This document shows, one piece after another, positions 25,001-39,100 of a stretch of DNA of 64,000 nucleotides (its first letter is position 1; the number at the start of each line of letters is the position of its first letter). Below the pieces are notes generated by a model. That model made no database searches and was not told where the DNA came from. It saw only the letters and a program-made list of their open reading frames with translations. Source of the DNA: Euglena gracilis (taxonomy: Eukaryota); assembly GCA_039621445.1 (NCBI GenBank), contig CP154954.1, positions 32,837,455 through 32,901,454 on the forward strand, given 5' to 3'. The translations under genes were made by a program, and so were the position numbers.

Positions 25001-28000
25001 CTCGCGGTCCCAAAGCCGCAAAATGCTTGCCATGCTGGGTTGGGACGGGGTCCCACGGGTCGGTCCCTGCGACGCTAGCATTGGGGGGGACAGCCGGGAA
25101 GGTGACAAAAGAACTCATTTCTGTGTTTGGCCGACCAGCTCTGAATCCTGTGCCGACGGAATTGGAATTGGAATTGGCCACGCGAGTCTCCTACTCGCGT
25201 GGCCATGCACTGAATTGTCAACAAGACGCTGGTGTTTCAAACCCCGGACAACTGACCCATTTGCCATCGAGGCGCCAGATGTCACAAGCCCATTCCAGCT
25301 CAGCCAGCAAAATGGACGTCAGCCATTGCCTGCGAGGCATACACTGCTGCGTGCACAAACACCCGTTAAGGCAACCTCGAGGTTGTAGGATTCAGGCAAA
25401 TGTCGGAGGAAAAAGGCCTGGCCAGCAGCGATTTCACGCGCTTGCACCGGGAGGCCAATCTGTTGTGAAGGGTGTGTGTGTGGCTGGCGGTCGGAGCTGC
25501 CATCCTCCCTCGGGAACCCTGAGCCCACAACTTATCCCACACTCAACAAAACCCTTTTGACGGCGGTGGTGTTCGGCCGCCCCATTCGCAAGGAGGCGTT
25601 ACACACTGCACACCCGCTCCGCCCTCAGGTACGCTGCCCCCTTGTGAGAGGCGGTGGGCACGAAGAAGGAGACCGCCAAGGAGGCCCACAGGGTGTACGG
25701 CCGCAGCCCGGAGGACCCTGGGGGTGTGCGGTGGCCAAATTGACCGAATCCGTGAATGTTCCACGGCGGCGGCATTTCCATCTTCTGACTGGAATCAATG
25801 GAATGTCGGTCAACATGCAATTAAAACATTAAAGGTGGGGGATTTGGGGTGATGCAATTGCTGACGCAGAGAGAAATGACTCTCTGATTGACACATGGGC
25901 ACTCCAGCAGCAGGCCGATTCAACTTTTCAGCTCCTGAAAGGAATCGCTTCAATATTTGGAGAGGTGGGCAGGGGGCAGTTTTTAAGGTGCCTTTAAAAA
26001 CCTAAAAAGCCTTAAAAAGGAACGCCTTAAATCTTTGGCCAAAATGCCTTAGAACATCTAAAAAACTTAAAAAAACCTAAAAAATAAGAACCTTATAAAA
26101 CAAAAACAAGCCAACTCCAGGAAAAAATGATTTCTGGCACCGCTAAAACATTCTCAATCCACCCTAACTCGAAAAAATGGGGTTTCGACGTTTTTGCTTT
26201 TGGACCCCCGTTCGATGCCGGGATGGCCCTTGGACTTCCTTTGGAAAAGAGACGCCTTAAACTTTTAAAAATGTCGTAAAAAGCCTTAAAATACCTTAAA
26301 AATGCCTTGGTGAACCTTATATAACTTTTTTTTCAAAATTTATGCCTTAAAAAGAAACCCCTGGAAGAGGGAGCCCGAAAATGTTTGAGAGTCCCTGAAA
26401 AAGATAGACCTGCGAACGTGGGGGACAGGTAGTGCAGCAGGCAGGCCAGTGTTGGGACGAACGCCGCTGGCTTCTCTGATGCACATTTCTGTGAACGCCG
26501 GCATCCGAAACCTTCGCTGGTGCAGATGGGTGATTTTGTGGTCCGAAGGCTCCAACAAAACAGATGTGCAAATGGCACTTCCTGGAAACAGGCTTCCTGT
26601 TACCATCCCTGGGGTTGCCTTCTATTATTATGGGCTGCCTGCCCAAAGCAGGCACCCCCCCCACCCCAGGGGTCACTTTTAGGCCCTGGTGCCTGCCGAT
26701 CTAGCCAACTTTTCCTTGAAAATGGCCATTTTTGGACCCCTGGCGCCCTCCCCAAAACCGAAACCGCCCAAGGGGGGTGCGAATTCGCACAGGGGTTTGC
26801 TCTTCCCACCGAATGCAGCTGCTTTGACTTCAGAAAAACGATACCCCCCCCCCCGAATAGTGCTGCGGGGCCAATAGAGCTGCGGGTCCAAATAGTGCTG
26901 CACCCCGCCGGATGAAGCGAGCGTCCAATAGAGCTGCGGGTGCAATACTATTTGGGGGGGGTTTGCTGACCGTTGCTGGTGGCAGAAGAAAGGCCAGTCA
27001 AAGCGTCTCCAGTGATGCTGCCCAGGAAGACGAAAGGCGCCCACGCCCCCGGCGGCAGCTCTGGCTCCCAGGTCATCACGCCCGCAGGCGGCGGTTTGGC
27101 GGAATCCGTGACGCGCCAAAACACGACTGAAGGGAAGCCCTCTGGATGGAGCCCTCCCCTGCAGCTCGATCAGTTAACGAATTAACCCCTCCCAAACTTA
27201 AAAGGTAATTAAAAACTGGAGGACAGGGTGGATATGCCATTTGGTCAGATTTTTCAAACTGAAAAAAAAATGGCGAGTCTTTTTCTTTCGGGTTCACACC
27301 AGGGCGGTCTTTAAATGAAAAAAAGTGCTAGGGCTTCCCGTCCTAGCACATTCAATGCAAAATCCACAGGAAAAATGGGCGGAAAAAAAGGACATATTTT
27401 TGCAAAAACGAGTGGACTTCGGGGAAAATAAATGACCATCGCCGATCCACCAAAACGTTAAAACTGCGTTTTTCGACTTTTCCATCCCTGTTCGCCAGTC
27501 CGGCCCTTGGACAGGGAAAAAACTTCCTGTCCCTTATGGACCACCCTGGTTCACACACTGTGCAGTACAGACCGCAACAACACAAAAGCCGAGCGATTGG
27601 TCAAACAAAGCAAAAAAAAAACAACAACACGTATGCACAGGCGCAAAGCGCTGGCTGCTCTTCACACAGGCTGACCACCACATAGTGCAGGCCGACGCAC
27701 AGCAGGCTCGCCTGGATGGCCGCCTCCTCCGGCACAGCAGCGGCGAGGCGCTGCGGCAGAGGCCGAGAGCGGGACGAGGCCCACAGGACGAGGGCCGGTT
27801 GCGCATCGGACAGGCGCCACGGCGACCAGGAATGGTGGGGGGAAGGGGGGGCGGCAGTGTGCATTGAAGCCTCAGGCAGGGGAGAAGCGGGTCAGAGGCT
27901 CGCCGCGGACGTCAATGACACCCAGAAAGAGAGGAAAGAAGACCACCCCATCAATGTGGGTGGGGGGAATGATGAGCCACTCGGCCACCTGCTGGTTGTA

Positions 28001-31000
28001 AACTCCCCCCAAAATAAGACCCCCCTGCCGATCTTCAGCAAAAATCCAAAACCTGACACCCCGAATAAGAACCCCCCCTCGGGATTTTGGGGGAAAATCC
28101 AAAAAAAAATAGACCCCCCTAAAGCTGTGAAAATGCCCGAAAATGGGTGATTATTTGACTTATTTGATTTTGCCTATTTTGCAGGTGCTAAAACCAGCAT
28201 TTTTTGAGACAATTTTTGTTCATTGCCAGAAATTGCCCTTTTTTGTACCTATCTTTGGAATTTTCTTTTTGGGGAGGTTTTTTTCGGTCAAATTATTCAG
28301 CAAAAATCCAAAAAGTAGACCTCCCAAAAAGAAGACCTAGGCGTTCTCTGCTTGGTATTTTCAGCAACGGAGCGGAGGACCAAAACGTAAACCCGGGGTC
28401 TTTGGGGGGGGGGCGCTGTCATTGGTGCTGGCTGGGGGGAGAATTCCAGCGGTGGCTGAACCGCACCAACCAACCCTAACTGTAGATCCCCCGGGCGAAT
28501 CAGATCAATGATCCTTCCAGGGGTGAAGAATAAAAAAATAAAACCCACCAATTCACCAGCACGCCAGTAGCAGGGCGGTCCTTGAGGGACAGGAAAGTTT
28601 TTTATAAATTTCCTTAAAGACCGCACCCCCTTTCGGCCAAAGTACCGGCTAAGGGCCAGGCTGGGAGTTGAACGGGAGCAAAAATTAAACAGTCGAAAAA
28701 CACAGTTTTTGATGATTTGGGTGGATGGACGATGGTCCAAGGATGACAAGAATCAATTTTTTTCCTGATGTCGACCTGTTCTCGCTGAGAAATGCCAAAA
28801 TTTCTTGCCCATGGGACAGCGGAGTTTTTTTTATATTTGTTTAAGGACCGCACTGGCCCTGAAGCATGCCCATGGAAAGATAGTTAATTTTTCAGCTTGA
28901 AGTTTTTGTGTCTAAATGAGCTGAACATAACCAGAAACAAAAAGGAACAGTCACGTGCCGATGCACAGACAGCAGAAGAAGTGACCGACACACCAGGAGA
29001 GGGTTGGCTTCATCAGGCTGCAGAAGGAGCCAGACGACCAGGAACTCGAAGGCAACGGAGGCGAACGCGACCATCGTGCTCCAGGACCGCGCGGCGAGGC
29101 GGGTGGGGGCCGCCCGGTAGCGCTCCTCCGCCCCCGCGGCAACGGGGTAGACCACGGCACATCCCAGCACCAACCCCAGCCACCCCAGCTGTGTGCTGAG
29201 GAACAGCTGCCAGGCCCTGCAGAGGGGTGGCGGGGGGAAGGGGGATGCAACATAGAGCCTCACAAAAAAGGAGAAACTTCAAATGCAAAAAAACCCGCAA
29301 AAAAAACAGAAACTTCGATTTCATGCATTATTGGGTGTTGCAGTGGCTTTGGGGTTGGGTGCAAAAAAAAAAGTAACAATCCCAACCCAAAAACGTGATC
29401 TTGGTGATTATGGGACATTCCTTGTTTCTAAAATGAATTCTGCAAATCGTGGCCCCCCAAAATAACGAAAATTGATCTAATGTTTGGCCAGAAGGGACAA
29501 AAATGGTCCAAACAGTGGAATTTGTGCAAGTCAAAATCACTTCCCAGCAGAACTTGAACAAAAATTCCAAAACACACAGACAACGCCCACAAACTGTGTT
29601 TGCTCCCCACCCACGCAGCTGGGAAGGGCTGTGAGAAGGAGGTTGGGATAAAGAGGGGCAGGAGTGTGTTGGAGGGCAGGGCCACACACTCCAGGAGGTG
29701 CCCGGCGGGGAGCAGGGCCCCGCACACCGCCGCGGGGGCGCCGTACAGCCAGCCGAGCAGCAGCAGGCACGCGCCGACCGAGAGCCACTTCGCCCGCGGC
29801 TCATCTGTGCCGGGATGGGGTGACCCGGGGGCCTTCCCAGTGAACGACTTTCTGGACAGTCAAGGCCGATGTGGTGCTTGCTGCCCATTCACTGCAGAAT
29901 GGCTGCAGCTGTTCAAAAAATGGCCCCCACCACAGAATTGTGTTCAGCCCAGGAAATAAAGCAAGGAAAGTGACCGTTGACATCCCCCCCAGGGATTTGA
30001 AGCAGAACAAAAGAAAAGAAAAACAGAAGAAGAGGCTTCTGTTTGGCTTTGGAGCCGCAGGATGATTGGGCCAAGCAGGCAATTTCTTAAGAACCTCTCC
30101 GGGGGGTCAAGCCAGCAGGCTTGGAAGAGGTGCTGGCTGTATCTCCTGTGGGGTCCGGGGGGGGGGGGTCCTGCCGTCTGCGGGCGGGACCCAGCTGGCA
30201 CCCGAAAACCTGGGTTGGCTTTTGACAGCCAAAATTAATTCGAAACTCAAAAACCGCTCAAAAATGACATTTTTGGCCATTTTTGACCTGGGTCAACCTT
30301 TCGGTCCAGATCAGCTTCGCTGGGTTGCAAAAAACATATAATCATTCGACCCCCCCGGGGGGGTTGCAGTCCAGTGGCAGGGTGGGAGGTCCTGGCTGGG
30401 AACAAGGTGTAGCTGACTGGACCCCTGGGGGGGGGTAAGATTGGGTACGGCTTAAGAAATCATGCGAGACCAAGAATTGGCTCCTTGGCAAGCTCATTTT
30501 GTTTGTATTTTTTTTCCTGGTTGGCAAAGAAATGCTAAAAGTGGCCCAGGCGGTGGCAAAGACACCAATTTTTATAAATTTTTTGAATAAATGGTCAAAC
30601 TCATAAGGTTTGAGCGGTTTTTGTTCTTGGTGTGACTCCTCCAGGGGTCTGAACAGATTACTGGTTATGTGAAAATGGAAATGGCTCTCCGTCAACCAGC
30701 AATATGGCTCGTGGCTGTCAGAAAAACATTGCCACAAACTTCAACCAGCAACCTACACCCTGGACTCCCCCATTCCACCAAATCCTGAGCGTGACCCAAG
30801 AATTACCATTGGAGGGTTTGATATCCAGTAAGGCCAAGTGCTGGCACACAGATAGGCTACCCAACGTGTTTCCTCATGCGATACACATAATACACCTGCA
30901 GGAGAGGAGGGCAGGGAGTCCAGCACGAAGCAGGGGCAGCAGAAGCCCCAGACCACGGAGGACAGTGCGAAGCGCCAGACTCTCATTTTGCACATCCCGG

Positions 31001-31071
31001 AGGCGGCGGCCGGCCGCTGCTTGTGGTACACACAACGCCTCAAGGAACGACAAAGCGGTGGCGTGCACCAT
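19100..31071 (-). CDS. Multi-pass membrane protein, ~12 or more exons, possibly TMEM82-like
   Basis: GC-rich exon islands lie at ~31071-30896 (MVHATALSFLEALCV...), ~29805-29680, ~29220-29000 (AWQLFLSTQLGWLG...), ~27825-27650 (...LHYVVVSLCEEQ), ~26490-26410, ~25720-25600, ~24625-24515 (...LALLVAVRTLPAL), ~23670-23540, ~23190-22950, ~21490-21370, ~19890-19791 and 19243-19100 (ends ...ANALRVPP* after a phase-0 GT-AG join). Several junctions are unresolved and the family call rests on short motifs only. Confidence 0.55.
20097..20375. mobile_element. hAT-like MITE with perfect 8-bp TSD
   Basis: TIR CAGGCTGGTGCTTA / TAAGCACAAGCCTG (1 mismatch). TSD GTTTCCCT at 20089-20096 and 20376-20383. Confidence 0.85.
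27300..27548. mobile_element. hAT-like MITE (CAGGGCGGTC family) with perfect 8-bp TSD
   Basis: Termini CAGGGCGGTC...GACCACCCTG. TSD GTTCACAC at 27292-27299 and 27549-27556. Confidence 0.85.
28571..28855. mobile_element. Older CAGGGCGGTC-family MITE
   Basis: Termini CAGGGCGGTCCTT...AAGGACCGCACTG. TSD is largely decayed (GCCAGTAG / GCCCTGAA). Confidence 0.6.
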
Positions 31072-31329
31072 TGTGTTTGACAGCTCACCCTTAGTTGCAC
31101 TGTCTTGTCTGTTTATCGCCGGCGCCAGCTAGGCAACCTCCCCCGGACGCAGTTTGACCGGACCCAAACCAGCAACACCTGGGTGAACCCCCCCAAATAA
31201 TACCCCCCGGGGTATTATTTTTCTCCCGAAGTCCCGGCCCGAGGGGGGGGCATTATTTGGGGGGAGGGTTTAGTGTCCCTGGCCTGATCCTGCACCGGAG
31301 GCACTGATCGGCAGCCCTGCAATCTCCGG

Positions 31330-34300
31330 TCACACACCATGGCACCGGACGGGCATTGGTGGCGCTGGGGTTGCTGCTGATGCTGTTGCCGTTGTTTGTT
31401 GTGGGCGGACAAATGGCGCAGTGGGGCTAGGAGCCAGCCAACCACCAAAAGCATCTCGCCATATTGGGGGGTACTTGAATAACGCAAGGCAAGCAGAGGC
31501 CGCCATGAACCAGAAGAAATCTGCAAAAAGAGCGTCACGGTACTGATCCACCACCTGCGGCGACCATGAGAGGTGGGTGGGGGGGGAAATGCGATAAAAA
31601 TCCGCGAAAACAATTTTCAAAAACAAGTTCACATTCATTGGCAGCATTAGAGTGCTCAGCAGTGGTTAATGTGCATGCATCTGTGACTTTGAATTTTCTT
31701 ATCTTATGCACTCTTGCAACTTGTATTCATTGGCATTTTCTTTTTCCGAGTTGATTTACTGAAAGGGAAGGGGGGCCATGTGTTTGTAGTTACAACTTGT
31801 TTGCTTGCATATGTAAATTTTTGTATATATGAGAATGCTCAAAAACCGTAAACACCACCCACAAAGAATGACTGGCAGCACAGACAAGGTTGGTTAGGGA
31901 CATAACGTTTGGCCTGACCTAAACCCAAGCAGCCCGCATCAGCTGAGAGTTAGAGGTGTTGCAAAAGTTGGCTCCCCACTGGCAAAATGGCCTCCACCCC
32001 CGACACCACCCACTAGATTTTTGGCAGTGCTTGGAGGAGGGGGGCTGCGACATGCCCAAATAATTGTGAAAAGGTCACTTTCAGTCTTTTTTTTGAGAAG
32101 CATTCCCCCCCTTTTTTTGACCCACAAATGACCACAATTTGCAGGGCAAATTTCACAGCGATTGCAAAAATGCAGCAAAAAAAACAACAGAAATCCCCCA
32201 CATCCGTGCTCAGGCTTGTGTGGGGACCATTTTTTGCAAAACACAGGGCCTGCCCCACAAAGGTTCCTTGGGCTTATTCTGATTGAAGGCACAGGCTAAG
32301 GTTGGGATGGTTGGAAATGTCCAACCAAATATAGGTCTGGGCCAGAATTTTTTTGGGGTGCATCCCTCCCATACTGCCATAATCCGTCGCTGGCGGGTCA
32401 AGATATGTCATATGTATACTCCGTTTTGCCACCTGTGAAATAGCCATAAAAAGGTCATCCCTTCCCCAAGTTTGCCCTCTCAAAATGAATTCATGCCTCA
32501 TTCAAAATTCATGCCTCACCAAAACTTGCCAAATAACCTTCCAAAATGAAAAATTGCTGCACCAGGGCGGTCATAAAGACCAAAAAGACCCGCAGTCCCA
32601 GCACCCAATTTTGCGACCCACGGTCCAGCCATTTTGGGGGTTTTGAAGTTCTTACCGACCACATTTGAGCGCCTAACTCCCCAGAAATCTGGAGGCCGAT
32701 TTGACCGATTTGAAATGTGTTTGAATCTCTTTGGTTATTCTTTATTGGGCTCCTAACGTGGGATGAAAGGGGCAAATTGGAGACATGGCTGGGACATATT
32801 CATGGATATTTTTCAGGTATCAAAATGGGTATTATCTTGACCACAAATACAGCTGAGATGATCGAAGGGGTGTAAAGACAAATACAAATATTTCGTAAAG
32901 ACGCTTGCTTTCGACTGTGCATACACGCTCAAAAATGTGTCCATGAAAAGATGCATATATCAATACATCTATGGCAGGTTTGCATACACAACGACATACA
33001 CATATGATATTGAATCCCAATGCTGTCAACAAAAAGCTCTATCATCGGTGTATGTGTGCAGGTGTGTGTGATCAAAACAAGACCACATTTCAGCAGCAGA
33101 CCTTTCGCAGCTGCTTCACAGTGCCCCCTTGAACAGCAGTGTGTATCAAATCGACGGGCAGATGGAGGAAATATCGAACACAGGCCATGATCAGCACGAC
33201 CTACAAAGCGAAATCAACACAGCATTTCCCCTTTTAACTTACACAGCAGACGTGGAATTAAGCCACTGTGGATTTGGATGCATTCTAAGTATTCATTTCG
33301 GATTGTTTCGGAGGGTGTGCCCCTTCTTCAGGCTTGGGCTTACAACTCTTGGACAATTCGAGGGCAGAAACTCACAAACCCCTCCCAACTTACTTCTCCT
33401 GCTGATTGGATGGTTGGATGTTCAAATGGTGCCCCTTTGGGGGACCACTTGAACATTTAATGGGGGTGTTATTCAATAGAATCCCTCCCCTAAGATACAC
33501 ATTTCCATTCAAATCCCTGGATGCAAGGGTAGACAAAGAACTCCCAGGAGGGACGGATGGTTAGGGCAGTTTAGGGCACTTCGCCACCAGCAAACAATCA
33601 GCAGACAAGTGCATCGTGCACCACAACGCGTGCACTTTCAATCCCCAGCAGGTTGGCACATGCCTCTTGTGGGCCCCTCGCACCAACCACCTTTGCACCT
33701 TTGCCGGCACCGTGGGCGTGTCCGGCCGGGCCTCCACCACACCTGGACCCTGGACACACCCCTGGCCACACCCCTGGACACACCCCTGGACACACCCCTG
33801 GCCACACCCCTGGCCACACCCCTGGACACACCCCTGGCCACACCCCTGGACACACCCCTGGACACACCCCTGGCCACACCCCTGGACACACCCCTGGACA
33901 CACCCCTGGCCACACCCCTGGACACACCCCTGGCCACACCCCTGGACACACTCATGGCCACACCTGGACGAGGTACCAGCCGTCCACAACGATGGCCCCG
34001 CAGTACTTGAAGCACTGCCCCCGGCGGTCCGGGCTACGCTGCAGGGACGCCACGAACGGCCTGCGAGGGAAGGGACCCCATGCAGTGGCGTGAGGGGACA
34101 GCCCTGGTCTGCCCTGCAGGTGTTATTTTTTTTGAGGTGCCTCAAAAACTTCAAAAAACCTTAAAAAATTGGACCCGGAAAAATTTGCAAATTTCGAGCA
34201 AAAGAAATCGCAAAATCTCGGCAATAACCAATGAAATACGGGGGAATGTTGTGGCATCGCTGGAACGTCGTCAATCCACCCAAAACTCAAAAAGCTGGTG

Positions 34301-36157
34301 AACTTTTTGATTTTCAACCTGGACCGACGTTGGTTCGATGCCCGGATGGCTCTTTAACTTTCTGGGTCGAATGTGTTGTCGAAGACAGTTTGCTGTCTGG
34401 TTTTTGATGTACTGATGTTCTGCCGCAGGATTTTGCGAGGGAGGTCCTTAAAAAAATACCTGTCCCAACATATTCAACGACACAAAATCCACCGGGAAAA
34501 TGGCCGAAAAAATGGCCCCATTTTGACAAAAAAGAACAGGTCGAATTCAAGAAGAAAAGGTGATTTCTGGCATCCTTGGACCATCGCCCATCCACCCAAA
34601 CCGTCCAAAAAGCGGTTTTCGGTGATTAAATTTTTGACCCCGCTTGACTCCCAGACCAGCCGTTGGCCTTTGACTGCAACATATCGGACCGCACGACCCG
34701 GTCAGTAAAGGTGCTGAGCCCTTTCTGTCCTGGCAACACTCCGTGAACCAAACAAATCCATATTGCGACCCATAAATGGAAATTCATTCAGGATTGCTCT
34801 CAGGGGCGATCCTGAATTTGAACCAAGGTTGGCAATGGATCTTGCATTTGGGGGTTGCGATATTTTGCGAGATATTGCACCCCTTGCGAAATTTGCGGTA
34901 CAATCGAGAATTGCGCGTGACTGGATGTGACTGGGCGTGACCTGGTTTGAAACTTCACCGGGGTCCTGGACCCCTTCCCCCCTGCCCAACCAGTGACCTT
35001 CACCGTGAAGTTAACCACAAGAGCGCTTTTCGGCCAAAAATGGCCAAAAAAAGACATTTTTGGCAAGTGCTCAGAAATTTTGGTAAATGTCCTTTGACCC
35101 ATCAATCCAAAATGACCATTTTGTCCCCCCGATGAAATTCACCGGCCGAGGGTTCCCCCTCCCCCGCTGAATGTTCCCAGTGAACTTCACCTGGGGGGTC
35201 CACAGTCCCCTGCCATCAACTGAGACACGTGATGAAATTGTATGCATCATCTCTAAAGTTTGGGATGACTGGCATATCTCTTAAAACGCCCCCAATTAGA
35301 AGCCCCCCCTTAGGGTTTCCCTCCAAAAATTCAAATAACAGCCACCCCCCCCGACCAAGCCGGCCGACAAAGCTGACCATGAACTGTTCCGAAAAATGGT
35401 GAAAAACTCGAAAAATCTCCACGAAAACAGGTCGAGATCGGGAACAAAATGACTTCTGGTGTCCTTGAAACATGGCCTATCCTCCCAAAACTCGAAAAAA
35501 ACGCATCTTGCAAAATTTAAAATCTGGGCCCTGTTCGATCACCGGATCGGCCGCCAGCCGACGGTTGGTTTGTCCTTTAGACAAAGGGTGCCAAATTAGA
35601 AGCTCCCCTCGGGTTTTCTGCAGACCCCCGGGGGGCTTCGAATAGGGGTGGGGGTTTAGTGTGAATGGGCTTGATGGCGTGAATTCGTCGCGGGGGGATG
35701 GGGGATTTTCGACTCGCTGTGCTGACGTCACCCAAAAATGTGCAAGAAGTTAGTCAAAGAGTTTCTGACACAGAATTAAGCATTACGGGCAAAAAAAAAT
35801 ATAATTGCGATATTTTGCGCGATGCTTGCAAGATATTGCACCCCTGTGCGATATTTTTCGAGATTGCGATATTTGCGATATTGTGCGATATCCAATTACC
35901 AACGTTGTTAAGGAATTATAAAACGACAAAGATGCTGTCATTTGCACAATGCCTTAAAATGCCTTAAAAATAAGCCTGAAAAAATAATGCCCATTGATGA
36001 CCCTTCAGCCAGACAACAAAGAAATATATGAACCACTCCTCAGCCACACACCGCAGTCGGTAGCAGGAAAGAACGATGACGAGGGCACATCCCACTGGGG
36101 AAGGAGGCCAATGCAGAGCCTGCCAATCCCCACATCAAATCAGACTGTCAGTTCAGA

Positions 36158-36197
<40 letters not shown>

Positions 36198-39100
36198 TGG
36201 ATGGTGGGGTGTCACTGGGTGAGAAAATTTGATGTTTGTCTGTAGTCTGACAGCTGCTCCCCAATGCAATTAACAGTCGTCAAGTGCAGCTGGCGTTCCA
36301 CAATCGACTGCAGATATGTGTGCAATCACAACACACAAACCCTGCAATCGACGGGGGGGGGGGAGGCAGGCATGCCCATCAGCTGTGCCATCCGCCCCCG
36401 CCCCCCCCCCCGGCAGACACGGCTTGCAGCCTTGCGCAGCAAGAAAAGGGAAAGGGATGGGGCTTGGAATCGCATCGGACCCCAGCTGCGAGGCAATCAT
36501 ATACCGCCTGCTGCAGCCCCAACAGGATGACCCTCCGGCTCTTCGACCACTCCGCCGCCCCGAACCAGCCCAGCGCCGCCGCGGCTGCCGACCGCTCACC
36601 GCGCGCCGCGTCCAGCTCGGCCGGCGCCAGCGGCCAGGGACAGCGCTGATGGTTTGACCACAGCCGGGACCCCTTTTTTGGTGAGTTGAGTAACGGGCGC
36701 AACCAAACAATTTAAACCACTGCTCACTGGAGAACGGGTGGGAGGAGAAGGGGGCAGTGTTTCGGTGCCAACCAGACGTGGAACTGGACTGGCCATAACC
36801 TCCTCAGTGACGCTGACGTCCGCTGATCCCGGCTGCCAGGATGAAAATTGAGCAACGAATATGTGCAACTTTTCGAATCACAACTGGGCAGGGAAGGCCT
36901 GGTGGGGAGGAGGTCGATAACCCCCCACCCACCACAGCATCCCCCAAGGCAAATTCCTTCGGCGCCGAAGGCACCAAAAGACAAATTTGACCTGAAAATT
37001 TGCGAAAATTTGACCTGAAAATCCCCGGAAGCACGGGAAGGCTGGTGGGGGGGTCGAACCCTTCCACCCACCACCCTTGGGGTTTTGGGGATTCCCGCAC
37101 AGCGCTGGATCTGGGAACAAATGGCCCCGGAATTGAAAAACGAAGCGGAAGCCAAGGGTTCCGAAAGACGCCGGGGTGGGGTTGGCCGCTGTCCAGAATC
37201 GCTGCCCTCCTCGCCGCAACGGCCGCCTCCAGGGCTGCCATCCGGCGGCTGAGCTGGGCGGCTTCGTCCTCTTCGGACAGACAGGGAGTCCGGTTTGCGG
37301 GTGCAGGCGAACGGATAAAATCTGGGGTTCGGCAATGGGGCCCAGAGGTGTCTTGGGACCCGGGGGGGGGGGTCCAGACCCACCGATCCACCCCTGGGGT
37401 CAGTCGGGACCCACTTTTGGGGGTCAATGGGGGGATCCAAAAGGTTTTTGGCTTTTTGTACCGAAAACAGAGGAAAGTCCCCCCCCCCCACTCAGTCCAA
37501 CCCCCATCCCCCAGGTCATCAAACTTTAAAAAAAAGCCCCGGTGCCTCCCCGAAAAAACCAAGTTCGTCTGGGCCACCACACCTGCTCCGCGGAGCGATG
37601 AAGCCATCCCTGCATGCATCTCTGGCGGTGCCTTGCACATCCACCACCAGTGCATTTTTCCGGCGCAGCTTTGCTTGATTTCCCTCTCTTTGGTGAGGCA
37701 GGCGGGGGGTATATTGTTTGAGCAGCCGAAGTCCCGGGCCGGGGAGGGTGCATATTCAAGGGACTTTTTTAGGTGTAAATTTTCAAAAAAAGGTTTTTAA
37801 GGGTTTTTAAGGCATTTTTAAAAATTTTCAGACGTCTCGTTTCGAACGGAAGTCCAAGGGCCATCCCAGGATCGAACAGGGTCCAAAATCAGGAAAAAAA
37901 ATTGAAACCCCCATTTTTTCAAGTGTGGGTGGATAGACGATGTTCCAGCAATGCCAGAAATCATTTTTTCCTGGAATTGCCTTGCTTTTGTGGTGATTTT
38001 GCACGTTCATTTTCGGCTCATATTTCGAAAATTTCGCGAATGATTTTTTAAACACATTTCAATTTTAAATCATTTTGGCCAAAAATATTTTAGCCGTTTT
38101 CCAAGGTTTTTCAGGCACCATATTAAAATACCCCCTGGGTATATTGCTTGGATTATTATACTTGCTTGCCAAATCAAACGCCCCAGGGGGGTTTTATATT
38201 TTGGGGGGGTTTGTATTTTGGGGGGTTTTGTATTTTGGGGGGGTTGACTTTTGAGGTCGAAAATTTTTCCCAAAGAATAGACGCCCTGAAATAATTTACA
38301 CCCCCGGCTACGGCCCAAATAATATACCCCCCAGGTCTCTGATTTGGGGAAAACTCCTGATGCATCGCATTTGGCCTTGGGCAGGGATATTCTACGTTAC
38401 TTGCGCTGCAAATGACGCGGTGGCCGCCGTTGAACAAGCACAGCGTGGCACTCCCCAGAAAGGTGCATAAAGGTGCAGGGACTTCCTGGTCAGAGGCCCC
38501 TTCCTTCTCCTCCTCCTCCTCTCCTGTGGGGACAAAGGGTGGGGCCAACTCGCCATGGGACAAAAAATGCCCTGGGAGTGGGTTCCCCACCAGGGTGGGG
38601 GAACCGCCAGGCATACGTTTTTTGGGGTACCCGAAAAACTGCTTAAAAATCTCAAAAAAACTTTAAAAATGCCTTAAAAATCGGAATGGCAGATTTCTTC
38701 TCCTACCAAGCACAAATGAAGTTGCAAAACCTCCGCAAAAACAAGCCAACTTCAGGGTAAATCCGATTTCCTGCATCGCTGGAACGTGGTCTATTCAACC
38801 AAACCTCAAAAAAATGTTTTTTTTTTCTGGATGGATCTTGGACCACGTTAATAATCAAAAACGTTGGCCTGGACTGCTCTTGGACAACCCAAGTAAAATA
38901 GTGGATTAAAGGGCCTTAAAGAGCCTTAAAAAGCCTGAAAAACCTTAAAACTTGAAAAAATTTGCCTTAAAAGTTTAATGACTCGGAATCGTCCTACCCA
39001 GGTTGGTTAAGATAAAAAGTCCCCCCCCCCAGTGGATTCTGGCAATGGACCCAGAAACAAGATCTCATTTGGCACCAAATCTTTGGTCCCAAAAACCCGA

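Noticed and set aside
33749-33950. Possible CRISPR array or HPW/TPL-repeat protein
   Set aside because: Units are contiguous with no unique spacers and there are no cas genes. The ORFs are open only because the unit lacks stop codons, and the array lies in a predicted intron.
37190-37660. CAGAC/GTCTG pairing suggesting a non-conventional intron at ~37270-37573
   Set aside because: The +4/-6 join creates a TGA in the likely frame. A GT-AG alternative exists, so this was left unresolved.
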